DNA from: an uncultured delta proteobacterium
Lineage (GTDB): Bacteria > Desulfobacterota > Desulfomonilia > UBA1062
Direction of reading: 5' to 3'
Assembly: GCA_963785235.1 (NCBI GenBank)
Contig: CAWAUM010000005.1
Location: forward strand, 32,001-96,000
DNA length: 64,000 nt
Shown in pieces: positions 40,995 to 51,376 of this stretch (position 1 is the stretch's first letter; every line of letters starts with the position of its first letter). The notes beneath the pieces are model-generated. The model was not told the DNA's origin, searched no databases, and worked only from the letters and a program-made list of their open reading frames with translations. A program made the position numbers and the translations under genes.

Positions 40995-41555
40995 ATGAAG
41001 AAGCAACCCAAGAAAAGGGTGCTTACTAAAGCTGTTAAGGAGCAACACAAGATAAAAAAACCTACTGCAGTTGTGAAGAAGGAATCCACGTTAAAAGAGC
41101 CTACTGCAGCTGTGAGGAAGCAACCCAAGATAAAAAAGCCTGCTACAGCTGTGAAGACGCAACCCAAGTTAAAAGAGCCCACAGCAGTTGTGAAGAAGCA
41201 ACCCAGGTTAAAGAAGCTTACTGCTGCTGTAAAGAGCCAACCCCAGCAGAAGAAGATTTCTCCGGAGGATCTTGGGAAACGATACAAGTGCTATAAGTGC
41301 GGCACCAAGTTTTTTGACCTGGGAAGACCACAACCCCTGTGTCCTTCATGCGGTGAAGACCAGAATAATGAAGAGACAAAGAGGATGCTCAAGCGGAAGA
41401 AGAAACGGCGATCAGCCTACACAGGCAAGACAGACCCTAACATTAGTGTGCCGGAAGAGAGGGATGATGTTATCGAGATTGTAAAAGAAGTCGAGGCTGA
41501 TTATGTTCTAGATATGGATGACATCGTCCTTGAGGAGTATGCAGATACAGAATAA
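40995..41555 (+). CDS. TIGR02300/FYDLN-acid-like zinc-ribbon protein with N-terminal Lys-rich 13-aa repeats
   Basis: LGKRYKCYKCGTKFFDLG...CPSCG and an acidic tail, preceded by repeats resembling KKQPKIKKPTAVV. Confidence 0.75.
   Translation: MKKQPKKRVLTKAVKEQHKIKKPTAVVKKESTLKEPTAAVRKQPKIKKPATAVKTQPKLKEPTAVVKKQPRLKKLTAAVKSQPQQKKISPEDLGKRYKCYKCGTKFFDLGRPQPLCPSCGEDQNNEETKRMLKRKKKRRSAYTGKTDPNISVPEERDDVIEIVKEVEADYVLDMDDIVLEEYADTE
40998..41255 (+). repeat. Coding tandem repeat, 6 full plus 1 partial 39-bp units
   Basis: KKQPKKRVLTKAV / KEQHKIKKPTAVV / KKESTLKEPTAAV / RKQPKIKKPATAV / KTQPKLKEPTAVV / KKQPRLKKLTAAV / KSQPQQKK. Confidence 0.85.
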
Positions 41556-41695
41556 AATTGAGATTGAAGGTAAGGCGAACTTCTAAATAAAACTATAGTT
41601 TCAGACCCTGGTTCAATTTTTTAGTGGGTAGGGTGCAGTGATATCGTTTGTATTCAGCAAACGCTTGGCCCTTATTGCCATATGACTCCTTTGCA

Positions 41696-42361
41696 TTATC
41701 GAAATGTCAGAATCGGCCAATTATTTTCTAATGCCGCCTTTCTGAGCTTGCTGGTTGGCTCCACGGCATGGGCGTGGCCTACGAGTTCAAGCAATGGGAT
41801 GTCAGATTGGTGGTTGCCATAGGCAAATGAGGAGGAAAGGTCCATATCAAGATCATATGCCAATTTATTTGCAAGTTCTCTTTTTCGGTTGTCTGTGCAG
41901 ATTGGACCTAAGGTCCTGCCTGTGAGGATGCCGTCAGGCCCGACTTCCAGATCAGTGCAGATGAGATGGTGAAACCCCAGATCTCTGGCCACCGGCTTAA
42001 GCAGATACCTGAGTCCTGCTGAGATGAGGACCAGGATATGCCCTTTTATTTTATGATCCATGACACGTGCAGTTATATTCGGGGCCAGATGAGGCTTGAT
42101 TACCTGCTCATAGTAGTCTTGCGATCCAGCATCAAACGGTTGAAAAGGCTTGTTACGATAAAAGCTGATGAGGACTCGTGCCATGGCCTCATCCGATACG
42201 AGATGTCTCTGATAGAATACATTGGCTGCCATGACCTTGAGGATATAAGACGCTGAGATGAGCCTGCGCTCCCACAGGTAGCGGATGCCCAGCCTGGGGC
42301 TGTCCACTGTGATGAGTGTCTTGTCAAAGTCAAAGAATGCGCCGATGCGGGGTGGACCCAT
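41696..42361 (-). CDS. HAD-IB (SerB-like) phosphatase
   Basis: FFDFDKTL, ISAG, AYGNHQSDIPLLELVG. Confidence 0.85.
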   Translation of the reverse strand: MGPPRIGAFFDFDKTLITVDSPRLGIRYLWERRLISASYILKVMAANVFYQRHLVSDEAMARVLISFYRNKPFQPFDAGSQDYYEQVIKPHLAPNITARVMDHKIKGHILVLISAGLRYLLKPVARDLGFHHLICTDLEVGPDGILTGRTLGPICTDNRKRELANKLAYDLDMDLSSSFAYGNHQSDIPLLELVGHAHAVEPTSKLRKAALENNWPILTFR

Positions 42362-42629
42362 GAACTCCTCCTCAAGGACCTATAGCCCTTTGAATAAACA
42401 ATGATCTGCCCATATGCAACAATGAAGTAACCTCCTTTGCCTTATGGTAATCTGTTTAGGCTGAAGATGTGAAAGAAAAGTAAAACCGGTAACATAACTG
42501 TATCTCAAGCTATCAATATGGTACTGGATTTCCATGATGAGATGAACTATATGTAAGTTAGTGGAATTTCAGATGGGTATCATCGTCTTTCGTGTCTGCA
42601 ACAAAAATACATAAGCGAGAGGTATTTCC

Positions 42630-43646
42630 ATGAAGAAATTTCTTGCAGTTGCGGCTGTACTGGTTGTTTTCTCGGCTCTTTCGGTTCCTTGTTCGGCAGA
42701 AGACAAGGTCTACAAAGTCGAAGTCCTCCAGGTGGCCAAGATCGAGGCATTCGATAAGTCATACAATGAATTTCTCGAAACACTCAAGAATGGAGGTATC
42801 GTTAAGGGAAAGAACCTCACCATTCACCGTGTCATTATAGACTACAACATCGAAGGCGGGGGTTTTATGGACAAGGCCGGGCTTTACCTGAAGCTCAGGA
42901 GTGAGGCATCCCGCATTGCCGAGGCAAAGCCTGATCTTGCCGTGACAATCGGCACCCCTGCAACCAAATATTCCAGGGACAAGATCACGTCTGCCGGCAT
43001 CCCTCTGGTCTTTGTGGCAGTGGCCATTCCCCAGGCCGCAGGGTGCAAGTCGCTCACTGATGGAGGCCCGGGGGTTACAGGGGCCACATTGTATATGGAC
43101 ATGAAGAACGCCCTGAAGATCGTGAAGGCTGCATTCCCTACGATCAAGACCATCGGTATGGTGAGCAGCGAGGATGAAAACGGCATTGCCCACATACAGG
43201 AGGCCAAGAAGAATGCCCCGGCATTCGGCATGACCGTGATCTCCAAAGAGGTTGCAAAAAAAGACAGCATTATTCCGGCTCTGAAGGCCCTCAAAGAGCA
43301 GGGAGCAGAGGCTTATGCCATCCCGCTCGACACCTACTACGGCATCAAGAACTATCAGAATGTTAATGACCTCAACGATTACTGCAGGCAGAATAAGATT
43401 CCCATCATCAGCTTTGTCTTTGAACACACGAAAGGGGCACTGCTGTCTGTTGGTACCGACTTTGAGACCGTTGGTGCACTTGGCGGACAGAATGCCCTGA
43501 AGATTCTGAAGGAGGGGAAGAAGCCTGAACAGCTCCCCGTACTCAAACAGGAAGACCTCAAGATCATGGTCGATACGGAACGCATGAAGGCACTGGAAAT
43601 CCAGATCCCCATGGCTATACTCCAGCTTGCAAAACCCGCCAAGTAG
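42630..43646 (+). CDS. Orphan ABC-transporter substrate-binding protein (PF04392-like)
   Basis: Signal peptide; PDLAVTIGTPAT, IPLVFVAV, GVTG, ILKEGKKPEQLP. No adjacent permease genes. Confidence 0.75.
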   Translation: MKKFLAVAAVLVVFSALSVPCSAEDKVYKVEVLQVAKIEAFDKSYNEFLETLKNGGIVKGKNLTIHRVIIDYNIEGGGFMDKAGLYLKLRSEASRIAEAKPDLAVTIGTPATKYSRDKITSAGIPLVFVAVAIPQAAGCKSLTDGGPGVTGATLYMDMKNALKIVKAAFPTIKTIGMVSSEDENGIAHIQEAKKNAPAFGMTVISKEVAKKDSIIPALKALKEQGAEAYAIPLDTYYGIKNYQNVNDLNDYCRQNKIPIISFVFEHTKGALLSVGTDFETVGALGGQNALKILKEGKKPEQLPVLKQEDLKIMVDTERMKALEIQIPMAILQLAKPAK

Positions 43647-43706
43647 GGAACGCTCGCGGCGGTTACTTCCTTCACATCTGATTGCTGATTAGTTCGTCTT
43701 ATCATA

Positions 43707-43746
43707 GGTCCCCGGCACAGAGTCCGGGGACCTTCTCCCTTTTTTT
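43707..43746 (+). terminator. Intrinsic terminator
   Basis: GGTCCCCGG...CCGGGGACC followed by a pyrimidine/T-run. Confidence 0.65.
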
Positions 43747-44110
43747 GAATAATCCTGTCTCCGGCCTTTCACTATGGCCTTCGTTGAAATGCACGAAATG
43801 CCTGATAAATAGATGCATTTCTAATTTAATTAATAATGATAGCATATTTTACCGAAAAGGTCAGTGGAGGGCATGTCATGGGCACAGAAAGATCCTCTTA
43901 CAGGATGCTTGGCGGGCTTTCAAAAGGTTTATCCCGAATCATCATCATACTTCGAACAAGAAAGATCTACGGATATAACTCGGTCTTTGAGAGGATCTTT
44001 CGATGCCTTTTTAACACAAGAAGGAATAAAAATCAGTCCGACAGAATCAAGAGGCGCATAGAGATAGAACGCGTCTAGGGGATTACACCCTTTACCACTC
44101 GGATGAAGAG

Positions 44111-45589
44111 ATGGAGCAGATGAGAATGAATACAGGCTGGATGCGCAATCTGGCGTTTCATTATGAAGCAGTGAGGTCGGCATATCCTAATGAGGCGCTC
44201 ATGATCGTCTTCGATATTGACGGCACAATCGTTGATTTGCGCTATATGATACTGTCTGTGTTCAAGGCATATGACCGTGAGAATGGAACACAATATTTCA
44301 ACAACATTCATAGTGATGATATCGCTACACCCTCGTATGACCTTGCGGCCATCCTGCGGGATTTCGCCATACCTGCAGCTATACGGGGTGATATCGCCGG
44401 ATGGTGCAGCGCCAATTTCTGGTCAAAGGCTGCCATTTTAGATTCCCACAAATCCTTCCATGGCGTTCTGGATGTCATCAGGTGGTTTCAGTTACAGCCC
44501 AATACCTATGTAGGCCTGAACACTTCCCGGCCTGAGATGCTTCGCAGCGATACCTTGAGGATCCTCAATACCCTTGGTGAAGAATATCACGTGAAGTTCG
44601 ATGACAAGCTCCTTTTCATGAACAGGGGGGTTCATGTCACACAGGGGAAGAAAAATGGAATCAGACGATTCAAGGATATGGGCTTCCGTATCGTGGCAGT
44701 CATAGATGATGAGAGAGAGAACATCGAATTCATTGAACAGCTTGATCCTGCAGGAGAGATGCTCCTGCTCCATTCCGATGTAATCCTGGATTCATTTCCA
44801 GTGCGAAAAGGCCGTTCGGCCTTACAGGGGAAATTCTTCGACCTGACTGAGCTCATCAGCAAACAGAATCTTCCCCGGCACATGGAATTTGTCTGGCATG
44901 GCGTGGACGATGAGTCTATTCTGCGGCAGTTTCTTGTCTCCTCCGTCCAATGGGCAGAGCTTCATGTACGTAAAGAGAGAAACACTGAAAACCTGATCCT
45001 GCGGAGAAAGCCTTATGCTGAGATGCCACCTTTCCCAGGTGAGAATCCGGTGCGGTTGGATGATTTTCTCTATATCCTGGGTGATGCGGCCAGGGGAGTG
45101 AAGCTTGACCTCAAGGACCCAGGATTGACAGACAGGGTAATCGAGTTACTCAAGGCTTCAGGCTTCACTGATGAAAGGATCTGGTTCACCATCAACATGG
45201 AAGAAATGCGCCGGGGTGGATTGCAGCTCATTGTCAATACCTTTCCAAAGTCCATCAAGCAGTGCCCCGTGGACAGCCTTTACCAGATAATGGTCGCATC
45301 GCCCCAGGAGTCAAAAAAATATCTCGGTATGCTTTCACAGAGCGGGATTGACCGATTTTCTGTCAACTGGAACACGTACGGAAGCAGAAGGATGATCACC
45401 CAGCTTCAGAACTGGGGATTCGATGTCAATATCTATAATGTTCCTGACCTTGAGGCGTTCCTCTCTGCAGCGCTCTTATTGCCCAAATCCATTACCTCAT
45501 TCTTCAATTTTCCCAAGTGGTTCTATACAGGAAGGGTTGATGAAGTGGATCAGCCCGCTTGGACAGGCATGCAGCGCGTTGTAATCTGA
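44111..45589 (+). CDS. HAD phosphatase fused to a PLC-like phosphodiesterase (FAM151/DUF2181-like) domain
   Basis: N-terminal FDIDGT, NTSR, K, IDDE; C-terminal WHGVD, AELHV, GVKLDLK. Confidence 0.6.
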   Translation: MEQMRMNTGWMRNLAFHYEAVRSAYPNEALMIVFDIDGTIVDLRYMILSVFKAYDRENGTQYFNNIHSDDIATPSYDLAAILRDFAIPAAIRGDIAGWCSANFWSKAAILDSHKSFHGVLDVIRWFQLQPNTYVGLNTSRPEMLRSDTLRILNTLGEEYHVKFDDKLLFMNRGVHVTQGKKNGIRRFKDMGFRIVAVIDDERENIEFIEQLDPAGEMLLLHSDVILDSFPVRKGRSALQGKFFDLTELISKQNLPRHMEFVWHGVDDESILRQFLVSSVQWAELHVRKERNTENLILRRKPYAEMPPFPGENPVRLDDFLYILGDAARGVKLDLKDPGLTDRVIELLKASGFTDERIWFTINMEEMRRGGLQLIVNTFPKSIKQCPVDSLYQIMVASPQESKKYLGMLSQSGIDRFSVNWNTYGSRRMITQLQNWGFDVNIYNVPDLEAFLSAALLLPKSITSFFNFPKWFYTGRVDEVDQPAWTGMQRVVI

Positions 45590-45855
45590 TGGCATAAAGC
45601 ACGTAAAAAAATGAGCCTCATATCTTTGAGGACTGAGTTGATGAACCTTAGGTCACACTGGATTCTCAATATCTCCATTGCACGTAGTTCTCATTCTTGT
45701 CGATAAGTTGCCTGTAAAAATCAGTTTACTATTGTAGTATCGGTAGGCAGACAAAAATGTTGTTTGAGAAGTAGAATATCATTGCCAAATATGCCCTTTT
45801 GGTATAGACAAACATCAACTTTTGAACGACCATCTTAAGACGGAGGGCTGCATGG

Positions 45856-46941
45856 ATGGCGAAGCCGCCCATTGTCCGCTTGCAGGGGGTAACTAAGCGA
45901 TTTGACGACGTACTCGCCGTCGATTCGTTAGATCTGGATATCTATCAAGGGGAGTTCCTTACGCTCCTTGGTCCGTCAGGCTGTGGCAAAACCACAGTAC
46001 TTCGGCTCATCGCCGGTTTAGAGACACTCACTTCGGGAATGATCTCCATGAACGGCTCCCGCCTTGACAACACACCGCCCAACAAGCGCAATGTCAATAC
46101 CGTGTTCCAGAGCTATGCCCTTTTCCCCCACATGAGTATTTTTGACAATATCGCCTTTGGCCTGCGCATGAAGAAGTTTGATAAGCAAGCCACCCATCTC
46201 CAGGTTATGGAGGCCCTTGACATCGTCAAGATGACCGGTCTTGAGATGCGCATGCCGCACCAGCTGTCCGGCGGGCAGCAGCAGCGTGTCGCCATGGCCC
46301 GTGCAATTGTAAACAAGCCTTTAGTGCTCCTGTTGGATGAGCCCTTGAGCGCCCTGGATTATCGCCTGCGCCAGGAAATGGAGATCGAACTCAAGCGTGT
46401 TCACCGCCAGCTCGGCATCACCTTCGTGTTCGTCACCCACGATCAGGAAGAGGCCATAAGCATGTCCGACCGCATTGCGGTCATGAATGAGGGCAGGATA
46501 GAGCAGATCGGCACCCCCATCCAGATATACGAGGAACCCCAGAATATGTTCGTGGCCAAATTCGTTGGTGAGATCAATGTCTTTGAAGGCCAGGTTACCA
46601 CGGTGAACAACGGCAGTGCCCAGGTTGCAATCCACGGCCGGACTTTCCCGGTTCAGAACCGGAAAAATTCAACTGTGGGGCAGGGGGTGAAGGTACTGCT
46701 CCGGCCCGAGGACATCCAGGTTACCATTGATGAGGAGTGGACCAACGATGGGCCGTCCATGACTGGCAGTGTCGAAGAGGTTATATACAAGGGAAAGACC
46801 GTTGATCTGATCATTAAACTCGATGAGGGCGAGACAATCTTCGTTACCCAGTTCTTCAACGAAGACCAGGAGGAGCTTGTCTATCGAGAAGGTGAGCGGG
46901 TCCATGTGAGCTGGCTCTACGGCTGGGAAGTCGTGCTCTAG
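45856..46941 (+). CDS. potA: Spermidine/putrescine ABC transporter ATPase
   Basis: [41 protein letters not shown]. Confidence 0.92.
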   Translation: MAKPPIVRLQGVTKRFDDVLAVDSLDLDIYQGEFLTLLGPSGCGKTTVLRLIAGLETLTSGMISMNGSRLDNTPPNKRNVNTVFQSYALFPHMSIFDNIAFGLRMKKFDKQATHLQVMEALDIVKMTGLEMRMPHQLSGGQQQRVAMARAIVNKPLVLLLDEPLSALDYRLRQEMEIELKRVHRQLGITFVFVTHDQEEAISMSDRIAVMNEGRIEQIGTPIQIYEEPQNMFVAKFVGEINVFEGQVTTVNNGSAQVAIHGRTFPVQNRKNSTVGQGVKVLLRPEDIQVTIDEEWTNDGPSMTGSVEEVIYKGKTVDLIIKLDEGETIFVTQFFNEDQEELVYREGERVHVSWLYGWEVVL

Positions 46942-46943
46942 CC

Positions 46944-47807
46944 ATGCAGACCCAGAGCCGGTTCAGATACTTTGCCATCGGCTCAACCATGCTCTGGATC
47001 ACTACTTTTGTCGTTGTCCCTTATCTGTTCGTTCTCCTGTTCAGCTTCTTTACGCCCGACCCTGACAGGTTGATCGTCTGGGGCTTCACGCTCATCAATT
47101 ACCGCGATATATTCTCACCGGTATTCCTGGTTGTATGCTGGTATTCCCTGCTGCTGGCGCTTGGCACCACGGTTATTACCCTGTTTACGGCCTATCCCTT
47201 TGCCTTCTTTCTGGCTCGCCTACCCAGAGGAGTTCAGCGGATATTGCTGCTGCTCATGATCATACCCTTCTGGACCTCGTCATTGATACGTACGTATGCA
47301 CTTATCATCCTGTTCAAGGCCAATGGCATCATTAACACACTGCTCCTGTACCTTGGTCTTATCCATGAACCGATCATGATGCTCTACACCCAGAGCGCCG
47401 TGTTTATCGGGCTTGTCTACACCCTGCTGCCCTTCATGGTCCTGCCGATCTTCTCATCCATCCAGAAGCTTGACTGGAGGCTCATCGAGGCAGCCAGGGA
47501 CCTGGGCGCCACTTCAAAAAACATCTTCTTCCACATTATCCTGCCGCTGACCCTGCCCGGCATTGTTGCAGGCAGCACCATGGTGTTCCTGCCGGCGCTG
47601 GGGCTGTTCTACATCCCGGACCTCCTGGGCGGGGCAAGGGTTATGCTTATCGGCAACTTCATCAAGAATCAGTTCCTTGTTTCGGGCAACTGGCCGTTGG
47701 GCTCTGCCGCCAGTGTAATCCTTACCTTCTTCATGTGCCTGTTCCTGTATGTATACTTCCTGAGCTCCCGCAGGGCACACACCGAAGGCATGGGTGGCAT
47801 GGCATGA
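46944..47807 (+). CDS. potB: Polyamine ABC permease
   Basis: IPFWTSSLIRTYA, EAARDLGA, NWPLGSAAS. Confidence 0.9.
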   Translation: MQTQSRFRYFAIGSTMLWITTFVVVPYLFVLLFSFFTPDPDRLIVWGFTLINYRDIFSPVFLVVCWYSLLLALGTTVITLFTAYPFAFFLARLPRGVQRILLLLMIIPFWTSSLIRTYALIILFKANGIINTLLLYLGLIHEPIMMLYTQSAVFIGLVYTLLPFMVLPIFSSIQKLDWRLIEAARDLGATSKNIFFHIILPLTLPGIVAGSTMVFLPALGLFYIPDLLGGARVMLIGNFIKNQFLVSGNWPLGSAASVILTFFMCLFLYVYFLSSRRAHTEGMGGMA

Positions 47808-48571
47808 AAAGGGCGCTTCGGAACATCTATCTCACAAGCGTCTACCTGTTCCTCTACGTCCCCATTCTTATCCTGATTATCTATTCCTTTAATGATTCGA
47901 AATATTCCACCAACTGGCAGGGGTTCACCCTGAAATGGTACACTCAGCTCTTCACGGATTCGCCGTTGAAGGATGCCCTTGTAAACTCCATAATCATAGC
48001 ACTTTCCTCCAGCGTGATCGCAACCATCCTGGGTACTCTTGGCGCCTTGGCCTTCTACCGCTACCGGTTTATCGGCCGGAAGGTCCTGTATACCTTTATC
48101 TACATCGTCATGATGAGCCCTGACATCGTCATGGGTATCTCGCTGCTCATGTTTTTCATCACCATCGGCATGGCCACCGGCCCCTTCACACTGCTGCTTG
48201 CACATATAACCTTCTGCCTGCCGTTCGTTATTGTTACGGTCTATTCCCGTATCAGCGGCTTCGACCGCAACATCATCGACGTGGCAAAAGACCTGGGTGC
48301 CAGCGAACTCCAGATGTTCAGGCACATCATGCTGCCTCTTCTCATGCCCGCCATCATCGCGGGCTGGCTTTTAAGCTTCACCCTGTCGCTCGATGACGTG
48401 GTGGTGAGCTTTTTCACCACAGGGCCGTCCTTTGAGATCCTGCCGCTGAAGATCTATTCCATGGTAAGGCTCGGGATCAAACCGGAGATCAATGCGCTCT
48501 CTGCGATAATGGTACTTCTTTCTCTGGTCACGGTTACCGTTGCACATCTCGTTACAAAGGAGAATCGATAG
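47804..48571 (+). CDS. potC: Polyamine ABC permease
   Basis: YSFNDSK...WQGFTLKWY, AKDLGA, SFTLSLDD, PEINAL; ATGA overlap with potB. Confidence 0.9.
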   Translation: MKRALRNIYLTSVYLFLYVPILILIIYSFNDSKYSTNWQGFTLKWYTQLFTDSPLKDALVNSIIIALSSSVIATILGTLGALAFYRYRFIGRKVLYTFIYIVMMSPDIVMGISLLMFFITIGMATGPFTLLLAHITFCLPFVIVTVYSRISGFDRNIIDVAKDLGASELQMFRHIMLPLLMPAIIAGWLLSFTLSLDDVVVSFFTTGPSFEILPLKIYSMVRLGIKPEINALSAIMVLLSLVTVTVAHLVTKENR

Positions 48572-49600
48572 ATGAAAAAATTGTTTGCCATAGTTATGTT
48601 CATGCTCCTGCCTGCCCTTGTCTTTGGTGCAAAGCAGGAGGTCTATGTGTTCAACTGGACCGATTACATCGACCCTGCGGTGATCAAACAGTTTGAAGCC
48701 AAGACAGGGATCAAGGTGCGCTATTCAACCTACGAAAGCAACGAGGCCATGTTCGCCAAACTGAAGATTGTGCAGAAGGCAGGATACGACGTTGCCTTCC
48801 CCTCCACTTATTTTGTGGAGCGTATGCGCCGTCAGAATATGCTTACCGTGCTGGACAAATCCAAGATACCGAATTTCAGGAATATCAATCCCGAGGTCCT
48901 CAACAAGGCCTATGACCCGAACAACACCTGCAGCGTACCTTACATGTGGGGGTCATCCGCCATCGGTGTCAACAGCAAGGTTATTGATCCCAAGACCATC
49001 ACAAGCTGGAACGACCTGTGGAACCCCAAGTACAAGGGCAAGGTGCTGCTCATGGACGACGTCCGGGAGGTGTTTGCCATGTCACTCAGGTCATTGGGAT
49101 ATTCAGGAAACGACCGGGATCCGAACCATATCAAGAAGGCCTATGAAAAGCTCAGACTTTTAAAGCCCAGTGTGAAGGTATTCAACTCCGACTCCCCGCG
49201 CCAGCCTTTCCTGAACAACGAGGTGACCATCGGCCAGATCTGGGGCGGAGAGGTATACCAGGCAAACAAGGAGAACCCGGATATCAAGCTCGTCTACCCC
49301 AAGGAAGGTGCCATCATGTGGGCGGACAACATGGTCATTCCCAAGTCCGCCCGCAACCTGGATGCCGCCTACAAGTTCATAGACTTCATGTGCAGTCCTG
49401 AGATCGCCAAGAAAAATTGCGAGTTCATCGGATATGCAACGGCCAACCTCAAGGCGCAGCAGATGCTTGACCCCAAGACCCGCAACAACAAGGCAGCCTA
49501 CCCGGACGAGGCAGAGGTGAAGAAGGGGGAGTTCCAGGCCGATGTAGGTGATGCCATCATGACATACGAGAAGTACTGGGAGATGCTCAAGACACAATAG
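48572..49600 (+). CDS. potD: Polyamine ABC substrate-binding protein
   Basis: FNWTDYI, YESNE, PSTY, PYMWG, DDVRE, PKEG..WAD. Confidence 0.9.
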   Translation: MKKLFAIVMFMLLPALVFGAKQEVYVFNWTDYIDPAVIKQFEAKTGIKVRYSTYESNEAMFAKLKIVQKAGYDVAFPSTYFVERMRRQNMLTVLDKSKIPNFRNINPEVLNKAYDPNNTCSVPYMWGSSAIGVNSKVIDPKTITSWNDLWNPKYKGKVLLMDDVREVFAMSLRSLGYSGNDRDPNHIKKAYEKLRLLKPSVKVFNSDSPRQPFLNNEVTIGQIWGGEVYQANKENPDIKLVYPKEGAIMWADNMVIPKSARNLDAAYKFIDFMCSPEIAKKNCEFIGYATANLKAQQMLDPKTRNNKAAYPDEAEVKKGEFQADVGDAIMTYEKYWEMLKTQ

Positions 49601-49618
49601 AGTCAGGGGAAAACATCT

Positions 49619-50062
49619 ATGGAATCAGCAAAGACCGGTGACAAGGTCAGGGTTAACTATACCGGAAGATCGGAAGATGGACAGGTCTTTGAGTCTTCTG
49701 TGGGAATGGTTCCCTTTACCTTCACAATCGGCGCCGGGGAAGTGGTTAAAGGGTTTGAGGATGCCATTGTCGGCATGCAGCCCGGTGAGCGGAAAAAGAT
49801 AACCGTAGAGCCGGAGGACGGCTTTGGCATGTACGATGAAGATCTTGTCTTAGAAGTCCCCAAGTCAGGCCTGCCTTCGGATCTCCAACTTCAGATAGGT
49901 ATAGATTTCGAGATGGAAGACGACGAAGGCAATGTTCTGCCTGCTGTGGTCATTGAGATATTGGATGATTTCATCCTCATTGATGCAAATGCCCCCCTTG
50001 CCGGGAAAAGGGTGATCTATGACATTGAGCTTATTGATATTCTCAAGCGCAGGGGCCCATAA
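49619..50062 (+). CDS. FKBP-type peptidyl-prolyl isomerase (SlyD/SlpA-like, no His-rich tail)
   Basis: GDKVRVNYTG..DGQVFESS, GFEDAIVGM..GE, DANAPLAGK. Confidence 0.88.
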   Translation: MESAKTGDKVRVNYTGRSEDGQVFESSVGMVPFTFTIGAGEVVKGFEDAIVGMQPGERKKITVEPEDGFGMYDEDLVLEVPKSGLPSDLQLQIGIDFEMEDDEGNVLPAVVIEILDDFILIDANAPLAGKRVIYDIELIDILKRRGP

Positions 50063-50138
50063 GGAGGAAGTAATAGGGCAGACTTGTTAATTCATCTTCT
50101 CCCAAAGAGCTTCCATAGTGCCAGCCCGGCGCTTTTGT

Positions 50139-50576
50139 CTATCGCTTAACCACCAATACCGGGTGTTTCGACTTTCTCACAACCTTTTCAGAAACCGAGC
50201 CCAGCAGTATCTCCTCGAGGTTGCTTTTCCCATGGGAGCCGACAACGATCACCGATGGATTTTCCTCTTCCGCAACCTTAAGCACCACCCGCAAAGGCAC
50301 ACCCTTTTCAATCCGCTTATTCACATTGAAACCAAGCTGTTTCAACTCGTTCACTACTAACGCAATCTCTTCTGACGAACGTTTTTCAATCTCTTTCTCA
50401 ATGCTGATAAAGTCCTGGATTGTGCTGTAAGAGCTTAAGAGTTCAAGGTTAGACTGGTCAATGACGTGCAGTACGGTTACCTCCACACCGCCAGCCTCCT
50501 TCAGGCGCTTCACGTACTGCAGGGCCTTTGTCGCCACATCAGAAAAATCCGTGGGGAAGAGGATCTTTTTAAACAT
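50139..50576 (-). CDS. Universal stress protein
   Basis: MFKKILFPTDFS...VVGSHG...LGSVSEKVVR.S..PVLVV; RBS AGGAGG. Confidence 0.92.
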   Translation of the reverse strand: MFKKILFPTDFSDVATKALQYVKRLKEAGGVEVTVLHVIDQSNLELLSSYSTIQDFISIEKEIEKRSSEEIALVVNELKQLGFNVNKRIEKGVPLRVVLKVAEEENPSVIVVGSHGKSNLEEILLGSVSEKVVRKSKHPVLVVKR

Positions 50577-50654
50577 CTGTAGCCTCCTTAATCTTACGGT
50601 AAATTTTAAGAGCTGTTGTGCAAATGTCAATAAGTCTTGCTTATTTATCAATAC

Positions 50655-51332
50655 TCAAATCGGCATGATGCATTCTGCTGAATCGTTTCTGGGGGTGTTA
50701 ACAAGGGTGGATATCCGAAAAATTTCCATCTCCTGGGCGGTATCCGGCTTAAGGCAATTCATCAAGGTGCGCTCCGGAACCTCCTTTTCACTCAACCATA
50801 TCTTGTGATGCTCAGGATTGAGGATTACCGGCATACGGTTGTGGACTTCGGCTATCAAGGTATTGGCAACGGTAGTGATTATCGTGCTGGAAAGGATATT
50901 CTGCCCGGTCTGCTTGTCAGTCCACTTTTCCCACAGCCCGGCAAAACCGAAAGGGGCCCTGCTCTTGAGACGGATAAAGAAGGGTTCCTTGCCCTTGCCG
51001 GCGCCCTTCCACTCATAGAAGCCATCAGAGAGGATAATGCACCTGCGTTTTTGGAACGGGGTCTTGAATGAAGGTTTTGAAAGCAGGGTCTCAGCCCTTG
51101 CATTGATCATTTTGCTGCCCACAGCCCTGTCTTTGGCCCAGAAGGGGATGAGGCCCCAGTGGGTGAGCACAAGCCTCGGGACCTGGGTATTGAGCACGGT
51201 GAGGATGTTCTGGGTCGGTGCGATGTTATAGCGCACCGGGAACTCCGGAAAATCAGCAGCATCCAGCTCAAGATCAATAAAGCCAGCCCTGATCTTCTCG
51301 GGATTAGAGATCTGGATAAATCGGCCGCACAT
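50655..51332 (-). CDS. SRAP/YedK abasic-site-protecting protein
   Basis: MCGRF, RYNIAPTQ, WGLIP, INARAET, GFYEW, HNRMP. Confidence 0.93.
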   Translation of the reverse strand: MCGRFIQISNPEKIRAGFIDLELDAADFPEFPVRYNIAPTQNILTVLNTQVPRLVLTHWGLIPFWAKDRAVGSKMINARAETLLSKPSFKTPFQKRRCIILSDGFYEWKGAGKGKEPFFIRLKSRAPFGFAGLWEKWTDKQTGQNILSSTIITTVANTLIAEVHNRMPVILNPEHHKIWLSEKEVPERTLMNCLKPDTAQEMEIFRISTLVNTPRNDSAECIMPI

Positions 51333-51376
51333 GGTGTATAAGATACAGGATTCAAGATGCAGAATCCACAAGACAG

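Noticed and set aside
40998-41255. 39-bp periodic repeats as a CRISPR array
   Set aside because: The units are contiguous, in frame and degenerate, with no unique spacers and no cas genes.
43836-44078. Small ORF(s) before the HAD fusion gene
   Set aside because: Two competing frames follow the same GGAGG and neither has recognisable motifs; cannot be supported without homology or expression data.
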